DNA of 54,668 bases from an uncultured Enterobacterales bacterium (GCA_937981905.1 CALJMY010000156.1:1-54668), one strand, 5' to 3'. Positions 30,857 to 41,299 are shown, counted from the stretch's first letter. Notes: generated from the sequence alone by a model not told the origin. Program-made: numbers and translations.

Positions 30857-33800
30857 TTACGCTTTAGCGAGTGTTGTTTCACTTGATGAACGACTCGTTG
30901 CGCCTAATGTACTAATGTTGCGATCACTCTTTTGGAATGGTGCACGTTGTTCATTTGGCATTGCAACAACAGCCTCACCAGATGTTACCACTTGAGCGGC
31001 TACAGGTTTAGTCATTGGTGCACTTGCGTGACCTTTAACAACAGATTGAGTTGTTTTAGTTGCTGTTACTTTAGTCTCAACTGTTTCTACAACAACTTCA
31101 GGTGTTACTTCAGCTTCAACTGTTTCTACAACAACTTCAGGAGTTACTTCAGCTTCAACTGTTTCTACAACAACTTCAGGAGTTACTTCAGCTTCAACTG
31201 TTTCTACAACAACTTCAGGTGTTACTTCAGCTTCAACTGTTTCTACAACAACTTCAGGTGTTACTTCAGCTTCAACTGTTTCTACAGCAACTTCAGGAGT
31301 TACTTCAGCTTCAACGGTTTCTACAACAACTTCTGGAGTTACTTCAGCTTCAACTGTTTCAACAACAACTTCAGGAGTTACTTCAGCTTCAACGGCTTCT
31401 ACAACAACTTCAGGTGTTACTTCAGCTTCAACGGCTTCTACAACAACTTCAGGAGTTACTTCAGGTTCAACGGCTTCTACAACAACTTCTGGAGTTACTT
31501 GAACTTCAACTGTTTCAACAACAACTTCAGGAGTTACTTCAGCTTCAACGGCTTCTACAACAACTTCAGGTGTTACTTTAGCTTCAACTACTTCTACAAC
31601 AACTTCAGGTGTTACTTCAGCTTCAACTGCTTCCACAACAACTTCAGGCGTTACTTCAGCTTCAACTGCTTCTACAACAACTTCAGGTGTTGCTTCCGCT
31701 TTAACTGCTTCAACAACTGAAGTTTCTACAGCATCAACTTTTTCGTTGCTTGCTTGTACTTTTTCTTGTTCTAACTCTAATGCTAATTCATCAGTTGTTT
31801 TTATCGGGTAACGTGCTTCAACAGAACTGTCAGTTGTACGTTCTTGACGATGCTTACGTTGACCAGAAGAACGTAAGTGACGTGGAGAACGGCGGTTACG
31901 ACGACGATTTGGTGAATCATCTTCATCGCTTTCTATATTATCAGTGCTTTCAACAGTTACTGAGTTATCATTCGTAACAGGTGCTTTACGTGGTTTTCTA
32001 GTCGGTTTAGGCTGTTCAGCTGAATCAGTAGATGCTTCTGATTGTTCAACTGCAGCACCAGTACGTACTTTTTTACGCATGTTGTTACGACGTTGACGAC
32101 GTTGCGCTACTTTTGCTTCTGGAGCAGCTTTCTCTTCTGTTGCGTTAGTCACTTCTTCAGTTGTTTCAACTGGTTTCGGTGCATTACGAGGTTTACGTTG
32201 TTTACGACGCGGTGGTTTGCTTTCGTTTACTTCGTTGCGCGCTTCTTGATTGTTAGTGCTAGTTTCATCTTCTTCAGCACGCTTGTTATGGCTAGAATTA
32301 CGGTTACGATTACGGTTACGGTTACGATTATTTGAATTTTTACGTGGCGCAGGCGTTTCAGTAACAGGAGTTGTAGTAGCAGGTGTTTCTTCATCAATAA
32401 TGAATAAACCTTTAAGTGCTTTAAAGAATCGTGAAACTAATGACGGTCCTTCTACTTTTTTAACTTTCGGCGTTGGTTCAGGTACTGCTTCGACAACTGG
32501 AGCGGCTTCAACAACCGGTGCTGCCTCAACTACAGGTGTTGCTGCAACTGGCGTATTCGCTGGTGCTGAAATACCTTTTAATACAGGTTCGTTCTTACTA
32601 ATCGATGATTTTAATAAACGAGATTCATATTGCTCAGCTGTATCATTAGATCTAACTAAATCAAATGTAGCGGCGCTTACAGTGTCATCACTACGATGAC
32701 GAATCACTTCATAATGTGGCGTTTCAAGATTAACGTTAGGAACGATAACCACGTCAACACTATGGCGAGTTTCAATAACGCGAATCGCTTTGCGCTTTTC
32801 ATTCAACAAGTAAGCAGCTACGTTAACAGGTACTTGTGCTTCAATTTTTGATGTTGAATCTTTAAGTGCTTCTTCTTCCATTAAACGAAGAATAGACAAT
32901 GCTAGTGACTCATTACCACGGATAGTACCTTGACCAGTACAACGTGGACAAATATGTGTACTTGATTCACCTAAACTTGGACGAATACGCTGACGTGACA
33001 TTTCCATCAAACCAAAGCGAGAAATACGACCAATTTGGATTTTTGCACGATCTACTTTTAATGAATCACGTAATTTATTTTCAATATCACGTTGATGTTT
33101 CGTTGAGTTCATATCGATGTAATCGATAACAACTAAACCACCTAAATCACGTAAACGTAATTGACGAGCAATCTCAACAGACGCTTCTAAATTCGTATTA
33201 AAAGCAGTATCTTCAATGTCACTACCTTTAGTTGCACGAGCTGAGTTAATATCGATTGATGTTAATGCTTCAGTAGGGTCAATTACAATTGAACCACCAG
33301 ATGGCAAACGCACTTCACGTTGGAAGGCTGACTCTATCTGTGTTTCAATTTGGTAATGTGTAAATAATGGCACTTCACCCGTGTAATGTTTAATACGGTT
33401 TAAGTAATCAGGACGTACAACACTTACATGTTCACGAGCACTTTCATAAACGCGAGGATGATCAATTAAAATCTCACCAATATCACGACGTAAATAATCG
33501 CGCATCGCACGAACAATTACGTTACTTTCTTGATGGATTAAAAACGGAGCAGGGCGAGATTCACCAGCTTCTTTAATGGCACGCCAGTGATTTTCTAAGA
33601 TATCTAAATCGTATTGAAGTTCTTCAGGCGCTTTACCAACACCAGCAGTACGAACGATAACACCCATACCTTTTGGCATAGTTAATGATGATAACGCTGC
33701 TTTTAGTTGTGAGCGTTCTTCGCCTTCTATACGACGTGAAATGCCGCCAGCACGTGAATTATTAGGCATTAATACCAAATAACCACCGGCTAAACTGATA

Positions 33801-34156
33801 AAAGTAGTTAGCGCAGCGCCTTTATTACCACGTTCTTCTTTATCAATTTGAACAACAACTTCTTGGCCTTCCTTGATAACGTCTTTAATGCTTGGACGTC
33901 CTTTGAAAGTATAACCTTCAGGGAAATATTCTTTTGAAATTTCTTTAAGCGGTAAGAAACCATGGCGATCAACACCGTAGTCAACAAATGCTGCTTCAAG
34001 ACTAGGTTCTACGCGAGTGATTTTACCCTTGTAGATATTTGCTTTAGTTTGTTCGTGACCTGGGCTTTCGATATCCAGATCATACAGATTTTGACCGTCG
34101 ACTAACGCGACGCGCAACTCTTCTGACTGAGTTGCATTGATTAACATTCTTCTCAT
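30857..34156 (-). CDS. rne: Ribonuclease E
   Basis: [22 protein letters not shown]1 and catalytic domains, CPRC Zn-link, membrane-targeting helix [14 protein letters not shown], Arg-rich regions, RRSPRHLR; divergent from rluC. Confidence 0.97.
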   Translation of the reverse strand: MRRMLINATQSEELRVALVDGQNLYDLDIESPGHEQTKANIYKGKITRVEPSLEAAFVDYGVDRHGFLPLKEISKEYFPEGYTFKGRPSIKDVIKEGQEVVVQIDKEERGNKGAALTTFISLAGGYLVLMPNNSRAGGISRRIEGEERSQLKAALSSLTMPKGMGVIVRTAGVGKAPEELQYDLDILENHWRAIKEAGESRPAPFLIHQESNVIVRAMRDYLRRDIGEILIDHPRVYESAREHVSVVRPDYLNRIKHYTGEVPLFTHYQIETQIESAFQREVRLPSGGSIVIDPTEALTSIDINSARATKGSDIEDTAFNTNLEASVEIARQLRLRDLGGLVVIDYIDMNSTKHQRDIENKLRDSLKVDRAKIQIGRISRFGLMEMSRQRIRPSLGESSTHICPRCTGQGTIRGNESLALSILRLMEEEALKDSTSKIEAQVPVNVAAYLLNEKRKAIRVIETRHSVDVVIVPNVNLETPHYEVIRHRSDDTVSAATFDLVRSNDTAEQYESRLLKSSISKNEPVLKGISAPANTPVAATPVVEAAPVVEAAPVVEAVPEPTPKVKKVEGPSLVSRFFKALKGLFIIDEETPATTTPVTETPAPRKNSNNRNRNRNRNRNSSHNKRAEEDETSTNNQEARNEVNESKPPRRKQRKPRNAPKPVETTEEVTNATEEKAAPEAKVAQRRQRRNNMRKKVRTGAAVEQSEASTDSAEQPKPTRKPRKAPVTNDNSVTVESTDNIESDEDDSPNRRRNRRSPRHLRSSGQRKHRQERTTDSSVEARYPIKTTDELALELEQEKVQASNEKVDAVETSVVEAVKAEATPEVVVEAVEAEVTPEVVVEAVEAEVTPEVVVEVVEAKVTPEVVVEAVEAEVTPEVVVETVEVQVTPEVVVEAVEPEVTPEVVVEAVEAEVTPEVVVEAVEAEVTPEVVVETVEAEVTPEVVVETVEAEVTPEVAVETVEAEVTPEVVVETVEAEVTPEVVVETVEAEVTPEVVVETVEAEVTPEVVVETVEAEVTPEVVVETVETKVTATKTTQSVVKGHASAPMTKPVAAQVVTSGEAVVAMPNEQRAPFQKSDRNISTLGATSRSSSETTLAKA
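31063..31717 (-). repeat. 39-bp (13-aa, VVVE[T/A]VEAEVTPE) tandem repeat, ~16-17 units, within the rne C-terminal region
   Basis: Unit CTGTTTCTACAACAACTTCAGGTGTTACTTCAGCTTCAA repeated head-to-tail; 16 TPE-ending units plus a partial one counted in the protein. Confidence 0.95.
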
Positions 34157-34500
34157 TTGGGAAGCTCATCCATTGTATGAGTTGCCAAATAATCAAGTTG
34201 TAGGTTGTCCGAGGCCTTAAGGTGCAGTCGTCTCGACTGGGCACTGGCTCATGTAAACAAAAGACTAATTATACGCGCTTTAATTTAGCTAACAAACTGA
34301 TTGTAGTTGCCTTTTTAGCAACTTATTTATTCAATCTTTTATCTTCAAAGTCTAGTTATTACTAGATGAGCTAAATTATGCAGTCTTACCATTAGTGCAG
34401 GCAAGCAGCAAAAAAACATCGTTTATATTTATTATCATCAGTAGTTATTTGAACTACTGAGAGCTTGAGAATTTCACTCAATTGGTGTTTGTTTTATAAT
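34157..34500 (-). promoter_or_regulatory. Putative long structured 5' leader of rne
   Basis: ORF-free ~790-bp rne-rluC gap with several hairpins (CAGTCG-aga-CGACTG at about 34226-34240; TCAGTAGTT...AACTACTGA at about 34438-34460) and a GCACTAATGGTAAGAC segment. rne autoregulation through its 5' UTR is established in E. coli. Boundaries approximate. Confidence 0.5.
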
Positions 34501-34946
34501 GGGCTACGTCATCACGACGATTCATTATCTATCCGGAAAAACTTTACGGTTGATCATTTGAACAACGGTTTTACTAAATATGCGATTCATTGATATAAAC
34601 ATTGAGTTATTAGTCATGATATCGCGAAAATTATTATTTTTATGTTCAAGTAGTTGTTCACGCCGCTAAATTATCAAGATTGTTAATTATATAAACAAAA
34701 CTGTAGCGGGCTGTTTAATCCAGTCCTTATTGACTAAAACTATCAGCATTCGTACTTACATTTATTGATGAAAAATTCAAAATAAAACTACAAGAACATC
34801 CGATTATCACACTAAATGCAATCTATCGCTACCTATACTTTTACCTAAATTACCTCAATGCATAAAACATGTACTCTTTTATAAAATCTCTCATCAGAAA
34901 TCATATTTTGTGAGTGTCTTAATTATGATTGATGTACAATGTCATC

Positions 34947-35906
34947 ATGAGTGAAAAACCAGAACAAGTCGCGACTAAAGTGCAGTTTGTCACAATTGAT
35001 GACAATCATGCCGGTCAGCGCATCGACAATTTTTTAGTCACCTTTTTAAAAGGTGTACCCAAGAGCCGTGTGTATCGAATTCTGCGAAAAGGGGAAGTGC
35101 GCGTTAATAAAAAGCGCATTAAACCTGTTTATCGTTTAGAAGATGGTGACATTGTACGTGTTCCACCTGTTCGAATGGATGATGAAAAAGAACTGCCTAA
35201 CGTTAAGCTTGAAAAAGTCGCTACGTTAGAACAGAACATCATTTATGAAGATAACTATCTTATTGTTATGAACAAACCATCAGGCATTGCTGTACATGGT
35301 GGCAGTGGCTTAAAATTTGGTCTTATTGAAGGATTGCGTGCATTGCGCCCTGATGCAAAAGCTCTTGAATTAGTTCATCGTCTTGATCGTGATACATCAG
35401 GCTGTATTTTAATTGCTAAACGCCGTAGTACACTTCGTGCACTTCACGAGCAACTTAGAGAGAAAACCGTAGAAAAGAATTATCATGCGTTAGTTCAAGG
35501 CCAATGGAGCAAAGAAGATAAAGCAGTTAATGCACCATTACTTAAAAATACGGTTCAATCAGGCGAGCGTATTGTGCGTGTTAACCCTGAAGGAAAAGAG
35601 AGTTACACCAAGTTTAAAATTTTACAGCGATTTGAAGATTGTACATTAGTACAAGCAAGTCCTGTCACTGGTCGAACTCATCAAATTCGCGTGCATACGC
35701 TTCATGCTGGTCATCCAATTGCTGGTGATGATAAATATGGCGATAAAGAATTTGATAAAAAGATGAAGAAAAACGGTTTAAATCGATTATTCCTTCATTC
35801 TGCTAGTATTCGTTTTTTCCATCCGAACGAAGAAAAAACAATGTTCTTTGAAGCGCCATACGACGACAAGTTAAAAGCTACTGTTGCCGCCTTAAGAAGA
35901 ACTTAG
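34947..35906 (+). CDS. rluC: 23S rRNA pseudouridine(955/2504/2580) synthase RluC
   Basis: GQRIDNFL S4 domain, NKPSGIAVHGGSG, VHRLDRDTSG, TGRTHQIRVH. Confidence 0.95.
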   Translation: MSEKPEQVATKVQFVTIDDNHAGQRIDNFLVTFLKGVPKSRVYRILRKGEVRVNKKRIKPVYRLEDGDIVRVPPVRMDDEKELPNVKLEKVATLEQNIIYEDNYLIVMNKPSGIAVHGGSGLKFGLIEGLRALRPDAKALELVHRLDRDTSGCILIAKRRSTLRALHEQLREKTVEKNYHALVQGQWSKEDKAVNAPLLKNTVQSGERIVRVNPEGKESYTKFKILQRFEDCTLVQASPVTGRTHQIRVHTLHAGHPIAGDDKYGDKEFDKKMKKNGLNRLFLHSASIRFFHPNEEKTMFFEAPYDDKLKATVAALRRT

Positions 35907-35914
35907 TATTAAGA

Positions 35915-36580
35915 ATGAGTAATATGCCTAACCTTAAACTTGTAATTTTTGACTGGGACGGAACCATTATGGATTCTGTCTCTAAAATAGTGTTGAGTAT
36001 GCAACGTGCTGCCAAACGCGAAAGTTTGTCAGTACCTAGCGACCAAGCCGTTAAAGATATTATCGGCTTGAGTTTAGCGCCAGCCATCGAACAGCTTTTT
36101 TCTAACATTAGTCATGAAAAAGTTGCTTCTCTTGTTCTCGCTTATAAAGCAGAGTATGAAATTTTAGATACAACACCCAGTGTTTTATTTGAAGGTATCA
36201 TCGATGTTTTCGAATTATTAACTGAGCGAAAAATCAAAATAGCCATAGCAACGGGAAAATCTCGACCAGGTCTAGCGCGTTTAATTGCTCAAGCTAATGT
36301 TGGACACTATTTTTGTGACAGCATGACGGCTGATGAAGCACATTCCAAGCCTCATCCTCAAATGATTGAAGACATTATTACACGTCAAGGCGTGTTAAAA
36401 GATGAAGTGATTATGATTGGCGATTCAGCATTAGATTTAACTATGGCAAATAATGCTGGCGTTAAATCAATTGGTGTAAGTTATGGTGCTCATGATGCCG
36501 TTAAATTACAAACATGTAATCCGTTAGGTGTTGTTGATAACGCAAAAGAATTACTCGATAGATTACATTCCCGTAATTAA
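35915..36580 (+). CDS. HAD-IA family hydrolase (phosphoglycolate phosphatase-like)
   Basis: FDWDGT, ATGKSR, SKPHP, MIGDS..D. Confidence 0.9.
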   Translation: MSNMPNLKLVIFDWDGTIMDSVSKIVLSMQRAAKRESLSVPSDQAVKDIIGLSLAPAIEQLFSNISHEKVASLVLAYKAEYEILDTTPSVLFEGIIDVFELLTERKIKIAIATGKSRPGLARLIAQANVGHYFCDSMTADEAHSKPHPQMIEDIITRQGVLKDEVIMIGDSALDLTMANNAGVKSIGVSYGAHDAVKLQTCNPLGVVDNAKELLDRLHSRN

Positions 36581-36628
36581 TGACTAGTCAGTTTTAGGTT
36601 GGTTTAAAAATTTAAGTTACTTATATTG

Positions 36629-36666
36629 AAAAGCCCATCATTGATTGCTCAATGATGGGCTTTTTT
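36629..36666. terminator. Bidirectional terminator (HAD hydrolase / PL6 lyase)
   Basis: AAAAGCCCATCATTGA-ttgc-TCAATGATGGGCTTTTTT. Confidence 0.9.
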
Positions 36667-36706
36667 ATATAAAATCATCTGCCGTAAAACAGCAGATCTA
36701 TTTAAC

Positions 36707-39070
36707 TTAATACATTAATTTAAGCTTTAAGTTCTTAACGATTTTAACTTCACCAGAATTACTAATAGTATTAGCTTCAGGCTTCTGACCTTTTTCACCC
36801 CAAAGAACCGCAATCAACTTTACTGGATTATTTGTAAAGGTATTATTCTTAAGTGTCAGATTTACAATGCCTCGGTTTTTAATCAAGATAGAATCTTGTT
36901 GATTAGCACCAGAGTTAGTCACCGTGTTATTTTCAAAGACTAAGTTACCGCCAATCGTCGATTCATCATATCCGCCGCGATGGTAATCTAAAATAGAACC
37001 CGAAATATTATCGAATGTCGTATTTGTAATTGTCACAAACTCAACATTGTAATCACCTTTATTATCAGTTTCTTTATTCACAATAAAACCGTTTAGGTTA
37101 TTTTTGATAATAGAGTTAGTTACCGTAATCGTATCGGCAAACGAACCTTTTGAAACTTCTAAAACATAATTAAAGTTAGACACTTCAGAATTGTTAATCG
37201 ATAAATCATAAGCTTTAGACATGCTCTTATCTAATGTCGTAAAGGCGTTCTGCGTGTTATTACCTTTAACAATCACATTATCTAAATGTAAATGACCTTT
37301 AGGTTGCATAGAAAATGCAGTGCCTTTAGCAATGAAGTTCAATGTCGACTTAGTATTCTTATCAGCAGAAGTAATGAAAATTTCTTTATTGATAGCAATC
37401 GTGTCAGCTACCAAATAACTAGTCGCTGTTAATTCAATCGTATCACCAGAAACAGCATCTTTAGCCGCTTTAGCTAATTCAGCAGATGTAGCCACTTTAA
37501 ATACATTAGCTTTAGTTACTGTTTTCTCAGCCGTAAACCATTTTGTACCATATTTAGCACGGTCAATTAACGGTACATCTTTTACTGTTGAGCTAACTGT
37601 TGCGCCAATTGCATTGTTTGATGTTCTAGTATTACCGAATAAGTCAGTTTTGATTTTATCAAAGTCAAAACCATGATAAACATCAGTGTTATAAGATGTT
37701 GGCAACATGAAGTCCTGCGCATTGCCAGTCATCGTAATATCTTGCTTTACAATACCGTCTGTTTCTACGTCAGTTTTGTTGTCATTATTAGATATATTGT
37801 TTTTGAAAGTTACGCCGTCAACTTTGTCGTAATGATAAATCGGATAATCTGCATTAGCTTCGTTATAAATTAAGTTATTAGCAAAAATAGTACGAATAGG
37901 TCTCGCTGAACGTATTTCAGATTTTGGTAATACGCCACTTTGCTCAATATTAGAACCAACACTGAAGTACCAAGGAGTAGGTGACTCAACAAACGAGTTG
38001 TGTGCAACAACAACGTCAGTTACTTGGTTATATCGATTTAACGGTGATTTAGGAATACCATTCATTACTGCAATGGCTGCTCTAAATTTTTCACCTTTTA
38101 ATTTATAGAAGTAGTTGTTCGTTATCCAGTGACCCGTATTGATTACACGAATACCACCGATAAATTCTGATTCATCATTACCAATGAAAACATTACCGTC
38201 TACTGTTGCGTAGTTACCATGGCGTAAAACTAAAGAACCTTCACTTTCAAAGAACACATTGTTTTTGAATTGATTGTAGTTTGATTTACTTGAAATGATT
38301 TCTACTTCACCGTTACAACGATCAAAGAAGTTATTTTCAATATTAGTATAAGAAGCTGTTACCGAAGTGCTGCTATCACCAATTTGTAATGTTTCGCCAT
38401 GAGGGCCACCTTTTCTAGGGCGAGGTCCAAAATGGTTATTAATAATTTGATGATGGTTATTAACGTGTTGGTTACCTTTTAACTGAACCATTATCGTTGG
38501 GCCAAAGTTAGACTTACCAGCAATGTAGTTGTTGCTTAATTCATTGTGTTGGCCCCAAAACTCTACCCAATGATCGGTTACGTCACGATCTTGTTGAGTG
38601 AACTCTTCAATAACGTTATTCGTGAACTTAGAGTTAAAAGCTATACGTTCATCATCAATTTTAAAACGAACTACGTTTCTAGTTGGTGTATAACCATTTC
38701 TAAAATGTAATCCTTCAACAATTAAATAGTTTCCGCCAATGCGTAAGTTAGATTGTCCTTCGATAAAAACTTGACCTGCAGTTTCAGCTTTTAATGTAAT
38801 TGGATTCTCTTTGGTACCTTCACCATAGAACTTAATATTTAAGTCTGAGTAAGTACCATTTTTCAAAATGATATTATCGCCAGCTTGAGCATTCTTAATC
38901 GCTTCTTTAAGCTGCTTGTCGTCACTAACTAAAATATCATTTGATTCTTTTTGTTGAGTGCCATTAACAGAGTCTTTAATCGTTTCACTTGCAACAGTGT
39001 TTGTTTGGCTAGGTTCGCTACAAGCAGTCATTAATGCAACTGCGCTCATAACTAACAATAATTGTTTCAT
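36707..39070 (-). CDS. Polysaccharide lyase family 6 (chondroitinase-B-like beta-helix; probable alginate lyase), two-domain lipoprotein
   Basis: Lipobox-like LMTAC, AGDNIILKNGTY, NHFGPRP..GG..GETLQIG, GEVEIISSKS, GSLVLRHG, GGIRVIN, second beta-helix domain; ATG 39070 preceded by GAAGGGA. Confidence 0.88.
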   Translation of the reverse strand: MKQLLLVMSAVALMTACSEPSQTNTVASETIKDSVNGTQQKESNDILVSDDKQLKEAIKNAQAGDNIILKNGTYSDLNIKFYGEGTKENPITLKAETAGQVFIEGQSNLRIGGNYLIVEGLHFRNGYTPTRNVVRFKIDDERIAFNSKFTNNVIEEFTQQDRDVTDHWVEFWGQHNELSNNYIAGKSNFGPTIMVQLKGNQHVNNHHQIINNHFGPRPRKGGPHGETLQIGDSSTSVTASYTNIENNFFDRCNGEVEIISSKSNYNQFKNNVFFESEGSLVLRHGNYATVDGNVFIGNDESEFIGGIRVINTGHWITNNYFYKLKGEKFRAAIAVMNGIPKSPLNRYNQVTDVVVAHNSFVESPTPWYFSVGSNIEQSGVLPKSEIRSARPIRTIFANNLIYNEANADYPIYHYDKVDGVTFKNNISNNDNKTDVETDGIVKQDITMTGNAQDFMLPTSYNTDVYHGFDFDKIKTDLFGNTRTSNNAIGATVSSTVKDVPLIDRAKYGTKWFTAEKTVTKANVFKVATSAELAKAAKDAVSGDTIELTATSYLVADTIAINKEIFITSADKNTKSTLNFIAKGTAFSMQPKGHLHLDNVIVKGNNTQNAFTTLDKSMSKAYDLSINNSEVSNFNYVLEVSKGSFADTITVTNSIIKNNLNGFIVNKETDNKGDYNVEFVTITNTTFDNISGSILDYHRGGYDESTIGGNLVFENNTVTNSGANQQDSILIKNRGIVNLTLKNNTFTNNPVKLIAVLWGEKGQKPEANTISNSGEVKIVKNLKLKLMY

Positions 39071-39263
39071 AATTCCCTTCACTTTTTATAGATTACAGGT
39101 GCAATAATATGCACTCTTATACTTTACTTAATGTTTAAATGTATGCCGCGTTTAATTTTTATTCATTTTTATCACCCGCACATACTAGCAGCGTGTCAAT
39201 GCTATCGCTATAGATGAAATGTTATATCGCATTCATTTAATAAGAACAGTAAACTTTTGTAAA

Positions 39264-39296
39264 TTTAAGGTACTGTATATATGTACGTACCTTAAA
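39264..39296. promoter_or_regulatory. Inverted repeat containing a LexA-box-like sequence that lacks one base
   Basis: TTTAAGGTAC-TGTATATATGTAC-GTACCTTAAA; core TACTGTATATATGTAC-GTA versus consensus TACTG(TA)5CAGTA. Confidence 0.4.
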
Positions 39297-39380
39297 AAGG
39301 CATTTAAAATTAATAACAGTATGCGTATATTCGCCGTTTTCATATTTAAATATTTTGCTTAATAGGAAGGTTAATTAATC

Positions 39381-39944
39381 GTGGAAAAAAATGATAAATT
39401 ATTAAATTTTAGGGAATATTTACATTTAGCTTTTATTTTTATAGTTTTTATTCTAAGTGTAATTTTTGTAGACATGGACTCTGATGTAGAAAGATCACAA
39501 TCTATCTTATTTATTGGTTTCATAAGCCTTGTATATGTACTGCAATTAGAAGAATTAGAATATGAATATTGGAATTGGAGAGATGAGCGAGAAGATACTA
39601 ATTATCAAATTGTAGCTCCTTTCGGTTTAGTACTTATTGCTTCATGGCTTGCTTATGCAGATTATAATACTCCAACAATCATTTCGAAATATTCTGGCTT
39701 TTTAATCCTATTAACGTCCCTTAGTGCTATCAATATACATTCAAAAATTAATCAAAGGTTTTCTGAAAGAGCTGTGTCAGAAATGAGTGTTATAGTACAC
39801 AAAGTTGTACTTTGGATGTTTTTTATAATTTTATATATGATAGCGGCTGAATATTTTATAAGTTATGGAACATGGGAATGGGATATTCCCAGTATAAAAA
39901 AACTATTTAAACAGGCTTTTCCTAAACTTTTTTATGTTGTGTAA
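39381..39944 (+). CDS. Hypothetical multi-pass membrane protein (AT-rich orphan)
   Basis: 187-aa ORF, GTG start with AGGAAGG upstream, about 5 hydrophobic segments, no recognised motif. Confidence 0.7.
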   Translation: MEKNDKLLNFREYLHLAFIFIVFILSVIFVDMDSDVERSQSILFIGFISLVYVLQLEELEYEYWNWRDEREDTNYQIVAPFGLVLIASWLAYADYNTPTIISKYSGFLILLTSLSAINIHSKINQRFSERAVSEMSVIVHKVVLWMFFIILYMIAAEYFISYGTWEWDIPSIKKLFKQAFPKLFYVV

Positions 39945-39994
39945 TTAAGTGATTTTAAAAACTATTAGGCCTATAGAGTTTTAAGGAATTTTAA

Positions 39995-40720
39995 ATGGAT
40001 GTTTTAGACAAATTAAAAGAAAAAAATGATAAACATAGAGAAAGTATTGAAGAGGAAAATAAAGAAATTTGGAGTTTTGGCATACACAGCTGTTTTTTTA
40101 TGTTCCTTTTATATTATGAATATTTTAGCAAAAATGGAGATGCGGTAATCCCAGGCGTAATTTCATTCGTATTTTTTTATGCTATTTATGACATAATTAT
40201 ATCAATTTTTTGCAAAGTTATTTTTAAAAGTTTTACACTTGAAAGCTTAGCTCTTATCGCGCTACATTCAACATTTACCTATTATTGGATATGGCATCAA
40301 GATACCCAGGGACTTGGATTTATACTTGGTTTAATACTTTTTTTAAGTTTGATTATTTCTTGTTTAAAGACTACTTCAAATAAAAACATTTGGAGTGTTT
40401 GTATCCATTTTTCGTTTATATTATGCCTCGTTTATTATGAAGTTTTTAGTAAAGAAGGAGAGGCACTAACTTTTGAATATATAAGCACACTTTTTTTTGT
40501 TTATATTCTTTATAATTTTATTGTCTTCTTTTTTTGTACAGTCATTTTTACAAATTTTGTATTCACGTGTTTAAGTCTTGTCGTATTCCATTCAACATTT
40601 ATTTATTATTGGATATGGCATCAAGAAAAACATGGTGTGGCATTCTTACTTGGATTCATGTTTATTGTAAGTTTGATGGTTTTTGGATTTAAAGTTAGGT
40701 ATTACAAATACAAAGAATAA
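39995..40720 (+). CDS. Hypothetical membrane protein built from two tandem ~107-aa repeats
   Basis: SD AAGGA; IWS..IH...YYE.FSK.G.A and HSTF.YYWIWHQ...G each occur twice. Confidence 0.75.
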   Translation: MDVLDKLKEKNDKHRESIEEENKEIWSFGIHSCFFMFLLYYEYFSKNGDAVIPGVISFVFFYAIYDIIISIFCKVIFKSFTLESLALIALHSTFTYYWIWHQDTQGLGFILGLILFLSLIISCLKTTSNKNIWSVCIHFSFILCLVYYEVFSKEGEALTFEYISTLFFVYILYNFIVFFFCTVIFTNFVFTCLSLVVFHSTFIYYWIWHQEKHGVAFLLGFMFIVSLMVFGFKVRYYKYKE

Positions 40721-40879
40721 TAAAATATTAATAATTAAGACTTGAATAAGCGTCGAACTTATCATATTTCTAATATTTTTTGATATAAGTCGCTTTATTA
40801 AAACTAAATAACTTTTTATATAATTAAATATAAATCTATAGATAATGCCGATTACAATCGACATCATCTTTTCAAACGC

Positions 40880-41299
40880 TTAGTGAGTTAAACTTTCAAG
40901 TAAATCATGAATTTCTTGCTTAAGTTCTAAGTCACTAATCTTATTAGCATTGGCTTTAGCGTCTTGCAAGCTTTTACGAGCTGCTTCTGTTTGGCCCAAT
41001 TCAATTTGTAGACCAGCCATAGAAAAACCAATAGATGATAAGTGATCTTTAGAATTAATGGCGGCAGATTTTGCTAATGCTTTTTCATAAACCACTAAAG
41101 CGTCTTCTAGCTCTTCAGTAAAATCAGCTAAAGTTTCCCATTGAACAGGGTGGTCTTTTTTAGTGTCTTCATTGTCGATACAAATTTTCTTTAGCTGACC
41201 ATAAAGTAACTCAAACTGCTTACTATCATTTCTTTGAGCCGCTTCCATCAAATTTTCAGCCAAGTCATGAACTGACTTATATATCTTTGTATTCATCAT
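40880..41299 (-). CDS. Hypothetical helical (TPR-like) protein
   Basis: 139 aa; HPVQWETLADF...ALVVYEKAL and MAGLQIELGQTEAARKSLQDA are TPR-like helix pairs. Confidence 0.65.
   Translation of the reverse strand: MMNTKIYKSVHDLAENLMEAAQRNDSKQFELLYGQLKKICIDNEDTKKDHPVQWETLADFTEELEDALVVYEKALAKSAAINSKDHLSSIGFSMAGLQIELGQTEAARKSLQDAKANANKISDLELKQEIHDLLESLTH

Noticed and set aside
31063-31717. Repeat array considered as a CRISPR
   Set aside because: Units are contiguous with no unique spacers, are in frame within rne, and no cas genes are present.
30932-31720. Plus-strand ORFs of 262 aa ([11 protein letters not shown] repeats) and 159 aa (LQQLQ repeats)
   Set aside because: Shadow frames of the 39-bp repeat inside rne; the unit simply lacks stop codons in those frames.
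39098-39140. dif-like sequence (GGTGCAATAAT..., TTAATGTTTAAAT)
   Set aside because: The XerC- and XerD-like halves are poor matches and not at the required 6-bp spacing.
40646-40867. 73-aa minus-strand ORF
   Set aside because: Low-complexity I/L/N/K-rich translation of AT-rich DNA overlapping the 3' end of the opposite gene; no motif.
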